Shown piece after piece: positions 58,708 through 64,000 of a stretch of DNA of 64,000 nucleotides (its first letter is position 1; each line of letters starts with the position of its first letter). The position numbers and the translations under genes are program-made. The stretch is from positions 2,728,001-2,792,000 of the forward strand of contig CAKKNE010000003.1 of assembly GCA_918797485.1 (NCBI GenBank), given 5' to 3'. The notes below the pieces were generated by a model. It was not told the DNA's origin, did no database searches, and saw only the letters and a program-made list of their open reading frames with translations. This DNA is from Pelagomonas calceolata. Its lineage: Eukaryota.

Positions 58708-59964
58708 TCACCAAACGAACCCCGGCGGGCAGTCCAGCCCCCGCCCCGACAGCGCGCCCGGCCGGGCCGCGCACGTCGCGAGGGCAGGCACGAGCTGCAG
58801 TAACCCGATGCGAAGCGTCGGCACTACTAACAAAGCCAGCGCGAAGCATACCGGTGGAGGCACGCGCGCTGGCTCCCGCTTGATGTTTTTGGAGAGCGAC
58901 ACGGCCAACGCCCGACCCTTGCCTTTTCTCCGCAACGCGTCTCTTTTATCACCATACAGGGCGAACTCCGTCTCCGTGCCCACGACGCGCGGCGCCGCCA
59001 TTATGGAGATGGAGAGGCCCGCCGCGAGGCCGCCCAGGACGACCGCCGGAGGGACGTCCATCGCATAATTCGCGACGAGCAGCACGGCCAGGCGCGGCAG
59101 GAGGTTCTTTACTGCTCTGGAACGGGGATGCGCGCCCTTCAGTAGTTTACATTGGGCCACGCACCTCGCACCAGCTAGAGCCGCACAAAGGGCGCCGCCG
59201 CCCACGGCTCGAGGCGCGCGCATCGTGTTCTGCAGGTGGCAGATGCCTCCCGCTACGACTCCTAAGGTTGATGTCAGCAGTAGAACGCCAGCACCGCCGC
59301 AGGCGCCTCCTCGATTATCGTTCGCGTCGCCTAACCGTCGTCGCGCGTCGTAGGGCAGGCCTTTCCCATCCAAAGCTAATGACGACCGCAACAACACCGC
59401 ATCACCAAGAACGTGCGCCGCGGACCCATGTGCAAGAAAATACGTTAAACAGCGCCACCTTTGGTGCCAGCGCCACCGCGAGGTCCAGCGCGGCAAATCT
59501 AACGCGAGGTCACCGAGGAGCGGGGATTGCGTCGAGAGAGCGGCTCCTCTCATTAACCGTCTCCGGTAGTTCGCGTCCCACAACGCTCTAGGACTGAACG
59601 TCCGCTTTCTCACGACAAAACAGCGCCCCATCAATCCGTCGGCGATGACTCGGCCCTGGGAAATGTCCGCTCCCGCGTCGGCCACGCCTGGTAGTGTTAA
59701 TGTAGACGACGCCAGCGTGAGGGCGAAGACGACGACCCACGTAAATGTTATGATTCGGAAGAAGTTGGCCGCGGTCCCGCGGGGCCACAAACCGACCTGG
59801 CGCTGCGGCGCGTCTTTCGCTTTCGGCATATATTCAATATCCGGGCTCCGCGGGCCGAAGACGCCCTTGTCTCCGTAGATGCGTGTTTGGAGCTGCACAC
59901 GTGGTATCGGTGCGACGAGTGCCGTTGCGGCGTGTGCGATGTATGCTGCTGCGAGGGCTCGCAT
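58708..59964 (-). CDS. Plastid-targeted rhomboid-like membrane protein (probably inactive)
   Basis: WRCLTYFLAHGSAAHVLGD matches the rhomboid L1/TM2 region; GxSG is replaced by VGGGA; ATALVAP leader. Confidence 0.6.
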   Translation of the reverse strand: MRALAAAYIAHAATALVAPIPRVQLQTRIYGDKGVFGPRSPDIEYMPKAKDAPQRQVGLWPRGTAANFFRIITFTWVVVFALTLASSTLTLPGVADAGADISQGRVIADGLMGRCFVVRKRTFSPRALWDANYRRRLMRGAALSTQSPLLGDLALDLPRWTSRWRWHQRWRCLTYFLAHGSAAHVLGDAVLLRSSLALDGKGLPYDARRRLGDANDNRGGACGGAGVLLLTSTLGVVAGGICHLQNTMRAPRAVGGGALCAALAGARCVAQCKLLKGAHPRSRAVKNLLPRLAVLLVANYAMDVPPAVVLGGLAAGLSISIMAAPRVVGTETEFALYGDKRDALRRKGKGRALAVSLSKNIKREPARVPPPVCFALALLVVPTLRIGLLQLVPALATCAARPGALSGRGLDCPPGFVW

Positions 59965-60380
59965 GGTGCTGCACTGCCTTTGCTCGTTGCTAGATACGCG
60001 TTCGCTGTTGCAGCGTGGCTTCGCTGCACGCTGCACTCTGCACCCCTAGCACAGGCAGCAGAGGTCCGCAGCCGTTCCGCGAGCAGAACTACTGGCAGCG
60101 AAAGATACGGCACAGCGCAGAGACCGCAACGGGTCCCTAAAGTACTAGCTCGCGCCGCGCACCGACATGCAGGCCTTTGCGCACTTGGTGAGGCTAGTGT
60201 GTGTATCGACGCTAGCCTCGGCATTCCAAAGTGAACACTCGCGCGTCGCGCGCAGTTGTGCTTTATCGATAGTCGCGCATCGGCAAGAGCACTCTGAGAC
60301 GCTGCTGGACGAAGCCTGTGAAGCTCAACCTGCGCCGCCGTCCTGGTCTGGAGAGGCGCCAAGACTGCTCAGCGAAGACG

Positions 60381-61466
60381 ATGCGGTGGCTGGCACTACT
60401 AGGCGCCGCGACGGCGAGCATAAGACCAGAAAGGATCCCGGTACTGGACCTGAAACAACTCAACAGTCCAGAACAAATCGAAGCGCTGGGACGGGCGTGC
60501 GCGGACCCCGGCTTTTTTCATGTGGTGAACCACGGCGTGCCCCGGCACGTCATCGACGCGTTTGAAGCCGCAACTAGGGCCTTCTTCGCCTTGCCGACGG
60601 ACGTCAAACGTCGCGTCAAGCGCACGGCCACGAATTCGCGAGGCTTCGCGGACGACGAGTTCACGAAAAGGACCAGAGACTACAAAGAAATGTACGACTT
60701 CGGCCACAAGCCGCGGGCGGATCTGCCCGATGATCATGCCGAGAACCACGTCATGGACGGCTACAATCAAGTTCCTGAATTAGCTGGTTTTCGGGAGGCC
60801 GTCGAGACGTATTATGCCTGCTGCGCTCATGTGTGCGAGGAGCTGCTCGATGCCGTCGCGTTATCGTTGGATATAGAACCGGAAGCGTTTCGATCATTGT
60901 TTGAGGGCGGCCACACGTCTTATTTAAGGCTGAACGCGTATCCGGCTACACAAAACCGCCACGTCCAGAACGACGTGGACCTAGATGTTATCAAAGCTGG
61001 CGAGGACGACGCCGAGACGCCCTTGGATGAACTCGACGGTCCTCGATTGGGCGTGAACCGCCACTTCGACGCTGGCGTGATCACTTTGTTGTACCAGGAC
61101 CCGGCCGTGTCGTCGCTGCAAGTCAACGTCAACGCTCATAATGACGATGCGCCGCCGCACTGGATCGACGTCAGTCCCGTCGAGGACGCTCTCACGGTGA
61201 ACGTGGGCGACATGCTCCAAGTGTTATCCAATGGGAAATATCGGGCGCCCGAGCATAGGGTCCTGGCGTCGCCGCCGGGCGTGTCGCGCGTCTCGGCGCC
61301 CTTCTTCTACAACCCGGCGTACGACGCCGAGATGCGGCCGCTGCAGACCGATGCTCCAAGGTATTCCCCGTTCTCTTGGGGTTATTTTCGCCGGAGGCGC
61401 TTCGAGGGCGACTTCGCCGACGAGGGCAAAGCGGAAGTGCAGATCGCGGATTTCCTGCTCCCGTGA
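60381..61466 (+). CDS. 2-oxoglutarate/Fe(II) dioxygenase (IPNS/DIOX-like) with signal peptide
   Basis: IPVLDL, GFFHVVNHGV, LRLNAYP, HFDAG.ITLL.QD, NVGDMLQVLSNGKY...HRV...RVSAPFF. Confidence 0.93.
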   Translation: MRWLALLGAATASIRPERIPVLDLKQLNSPEQIEALGRACADPGFFHVVNHGVPRHVIDAFEAATRAFFALPTDVKRRVKRTATNSRGFADDEFTKRTRDYKEMYDFGHKPRADLPDDHAENHVMDGYNQVPELAGFREAVETYYACCAHVCEELLDAVALSLDIEPEAFRSLFEGGHTSYLRLNAYPATQNRHVQNDVDLDVIKAGEDDAETPLDELDGPRLGVNRHFDAGVITLLYQDPAVSSLQVNVNAHNDDAPPHWIDVSPVEDALTVNVGDMLQVLSNGKYRAPEHRVLASPPGVSRVSAPFFYNPAYDAEMRPLQTDAPRYSPFSWGYFRRRRFEGDFADEGKAEVQIADFLLP

Positions 61467-61875
61467 CTCAGTGGCCACGTCGACGCGCAGCGGAGCCGCC
61501 AGTCCCGGGACTCGGCCGACGAGTGACGCGCGCAGCGCCTCATCGAACATCGAAAAAAGCGACGACGGAGCACCACATGACGCCCGGCGACGCCTACTGG
61601 GTAGGCGCCGCCCGGCCGAGGAAACCCGCAATTCTGCCCCTTGGTCCGCTTATTTTTAATATATCATTGTGTTTATCTGCTTTGCTTAGCGCTAGACTGC
61701 CTAGCCACCACGGCCGACTTCGCTTCGGGGACAGCGTTATCTACTTGAGCTCGCGCCGCGGCCGTCGGTCTTCGCGGGTCGGGCCGATTGCGGTCGCGTC
61801 TGTCTGGGGGGTACAAAAGGCGTCGTAGCGCAGCCCCGAGGGTTGTTTGCGTCGCATTTCGCGGACAGGAATAAC

Positions 61876-62437
61876 CGGAGCTTTTCTCAGGCAATTCGAT
61901 GCTGAGTTTGTCCGGACGGGAGGGCAGTCCATCGGCCTCGCGGCGACGGTCGCCGCCGGGAGCTCGAACGTCGAGCCCGGTTTTGTACCGGCGCAGGACG
62001 TCCAGCTCACCTGGTCAAACATGACCCAGCTATCCGACGACTGCTCGCGGTCGCGGCTGGACGGCGGCATGCACTTCACGGCCTCCGTGCCGGCCGCGGA
62101 GGCGCTCTGCGAGGGTATTGGTGATCAGGGCTTCGCCTTCGCGTCCCTCCTCATCGACAATGACTGGATGCCGGGCGCCAACCCCGCGGCCGCGACGCCG
62201 CGACCGACCATCAAGCCCACGTCGAAGCCGACGCCGGCGCCGACGCTCCCAACTTGCCAGTCGCTCTGCCACGCCTGGGCCTCGGCGGCGTACAGCGTCA
62301 CGGACACGTCTCCCTGGTGCGGGACTTGCACAAACAACGGCGTCAACTGCTTCACCGGTGGCAACAGCTGCCAGGGGCCGTACGATTCCGGTTTCTGCCG
62401 GCTCAACATGGCCGGCACGGTGTGCTCCCGAGACTAG
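61876..62437 (+). pseudogene. 5'-truncated vanadium-haloperoxidase/PAP2-like C-terminal fragment + PT linker + Cys-rich tail
   Basis: GSSNVEPG..PAQDVQLTW...CSRSRLDGGMHF; no ATG or N-terminal catalytic motifs upstream in frame. Confidence 0.5.
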
Positions 62438-62768
62438 ACCGGAGGTCGGCGCGCGCGCAAGGCGCGCGCCGGTCCGCCTCCCACTTCCATACGACCATGT
62501 TCATATGCCTGCTTTGGGACATCTGACTGACTATCATCCCCCTCGTTCCCCCGCGCCGGTCCTTCTCTTGGTATAAGTTCACCGTGCTGCGTTCTGTTTT
62601 AGCTACTAGTGGTACGAACGCAGTGGCGGCTGCGAGGAGGTGTTGCGTGGAAAGAGGCACTCCTACCCCGCCAACACACTGTCACCCCGCACCGAAATGT
62701 AGACCGCACTCTTGCCCGTCGAAACGCCGTCACCGCGACGAGACTCATAAACGAACTATTGTTACATA

Positions 62769-63353
62769 TCAGTAGAAGATACCTTTGCCCCCCGCGATGA
62801 CGAGCACGGTCATGAGGCCGAAAATACCGAGGTAGAGGTTGCCGCCCCCTTGGTAATCGGCCGACATAGGATCACTTTTCCTCATGTCGGCGACGAGCTT
62901 GTTCCGCACCTCGTCGGACAGCTCGTTGAGCTCGTTGAAGGCCTGGACGGCTGCGATGATGTCGAGGTTGTCCCTCGAAAAACCGCCGGCCTTCTCGGCC
63001 GTCGCCAGCGCGATCTGGATCTGCTCCTTGTTGCGGGCTTTCGTGGCCGCCCGGAGCGCTTCCGTGATCTTCTTGCGGTTCTCGATCTCGCGCTGCGTCT
63101 TCTCCTCCGGCGTGAGCTCCTTCGCCTCGACGACGGGCTCGGCGACGGCGACGGGCGCCGGCGGCGGCGGCGCCGGCGCGGGCGGCATCGCCTCGGCGGC
63201 GAGCGCGTCCGCTTCCGCTCGCAAGGCGGCGGCCTGCTCAAGGAGGGCCGTCGCCTCGTCGACGGCGCGCAGCTTGTGCTGCGCTATCCTGGTGACGGGC
63301 GGCACCAAGGCCGTGCCGGTTGCGAGGAGTGCGGTGATTGCGAGACGAGCCAT
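62769..63353 (-). CDS. Probable plastid protein with C-terminal TM helix
   Basis: Leader MARLAITALLATGTALVPP; C-terminal LYLGIFGLMTVLVIAGG. Confidence 0.7.
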   Translation of the reverse strand: MARLAITALLATGTALVPPVTRIAQHKLRAVDEATALLEQAAALRAEADALAAEAMPPAPAPPPPAPVAVAEPVVEAKELTPEEKTQREIENRKKITEALRAATKARNKEQIQIALATAEKAGGFSRDNLDIIAAVQAFNELNELSDEVRNKLVADMRKSDPMSADYQGGGNLYLGIFGLMTVLVIAGGKGIFY

Positions 63354-63827
63354 TGTTGCGTTCTTCGACAGCGTTTTGCGGTGCTGCTTCGACAGCGTTT
63401 TGTGGTGCGCGACGGCTTGTGACGGCTGAGTGGCGCTGCTGAGTGGTTTTGTTGCAACAAAAGTGTTGTTGCGACTGCGGTCTTCGACGACTGTTCGTGT
63501 TCTTGCAAAGAGATACTCGCGGAAGACTCCAACGATGTCTGTCTGCGCGAATTTATGCGACGGCGGCTGTGCCACTGCCAGCACGAGCTATCAACAAAGC
63601 TGACGGGGTGCGCGGATCCAACCTGAGGCGCACCGCTCCGGGTACAGGCGCGAGCCCAAGCTTCGGAACAAGACTGCTCTCGAGTAAAAAAACACAACAA
63701 GGGACGCTGCCCGTACGCGGCCCGCGCCCGAACGGCCCGCAAGCAAGACAAAGTAAAACACACTTCCCCTTAGAGATACACCGTCTGCACGCGCCGCTTC
63801 GGCCTAAATATTCGATCGGCGGCGACC

Positions 63828-64000
63828 ATGGCCGGCGGCAAGGCGGCCGGCGTCACGGTCTCGGAGCGCGCGCCACCATCAGTAATAGTCCACGAGTCGA
63901 CGGAGCCGCGCGTCTTTAATGAGCCACGGGTAGAAGCGCGAGAAAACGTCGGATACAACTCGTTTTCTGCCGGCTCGGCGCTTTCCTCGACGAAGACGCC
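63828..64000 (+). CDS. 5' end of a gene running off the right edge
   Basis: GACC-ATG-G at 63828; open frame MAGGKAAGVTVSERAPPS... to the window end. Confidence 0.45.
   Translation, partial: MAGGKAAGVTVSERAPPSVIVHESTEPRVFNEPRVEARENVGYNSFSAGSALSSTKT

Noticed and set aside
63364..63410. Two-copy 27-bp repeat containing CTTCGACAGCGTTTTG
   Set aside because: Simple local duplication in a 5' UTR with no further structure.
1..64000. CRISPR array, rRNA, tRNA, autonomous transposase or reverse transcriptase
   Set aside because: No regularly spaced repeat-spacer array, RNA gene signature or DDE/RT motifs seen by eye; dispersed repeats are explained by introners and the promoter motif.

Overview
Gene-dense, GC-rich nuclear DNA from a photosynthetic stramenopile. 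It carries a fucoxanthin-chlorophyll LHC, bipartite plastid-targeting leaders, CbbY, Rab, PLD and spliceosomal introns. The introner elements, the selenoprotein and the MYND-RING-TPR and ankyrin families suggest a pelagophyte such as Pelagomonas, but this is inference. About 40 protein-coding genes are supported; most ORFs in the supplied track are antisense or off-frame shadows. Three signals stand out. (1) Seven copies of a 50-112 bp non-autonomous DNA transposon, with 15-bp TIRs (CTGTGYGGAAATCAA) and 8-bp target-site duplications, sit inside coding exons and are exactly spliceable: the TIR supplies the AG acceptor and the duplicated host target supplies the GT or GC donor. Removing each restores the frame. 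(2) A Prx5-type peroxiredoxin has an in-frame TGA at its peroxidatic Cys position (PGAFTPC-U-S) and a SECIS-like hairpin 30 nt after the stop, so it is a probable selenoprotein with a vicinal Cys-Sec pair. (3) A bipartite CTAGTGT-Nx-CGCTAG motif recurs about once per promoter region. No rRNA, tRNA, CRISPR array or autonomous transposase was seen.
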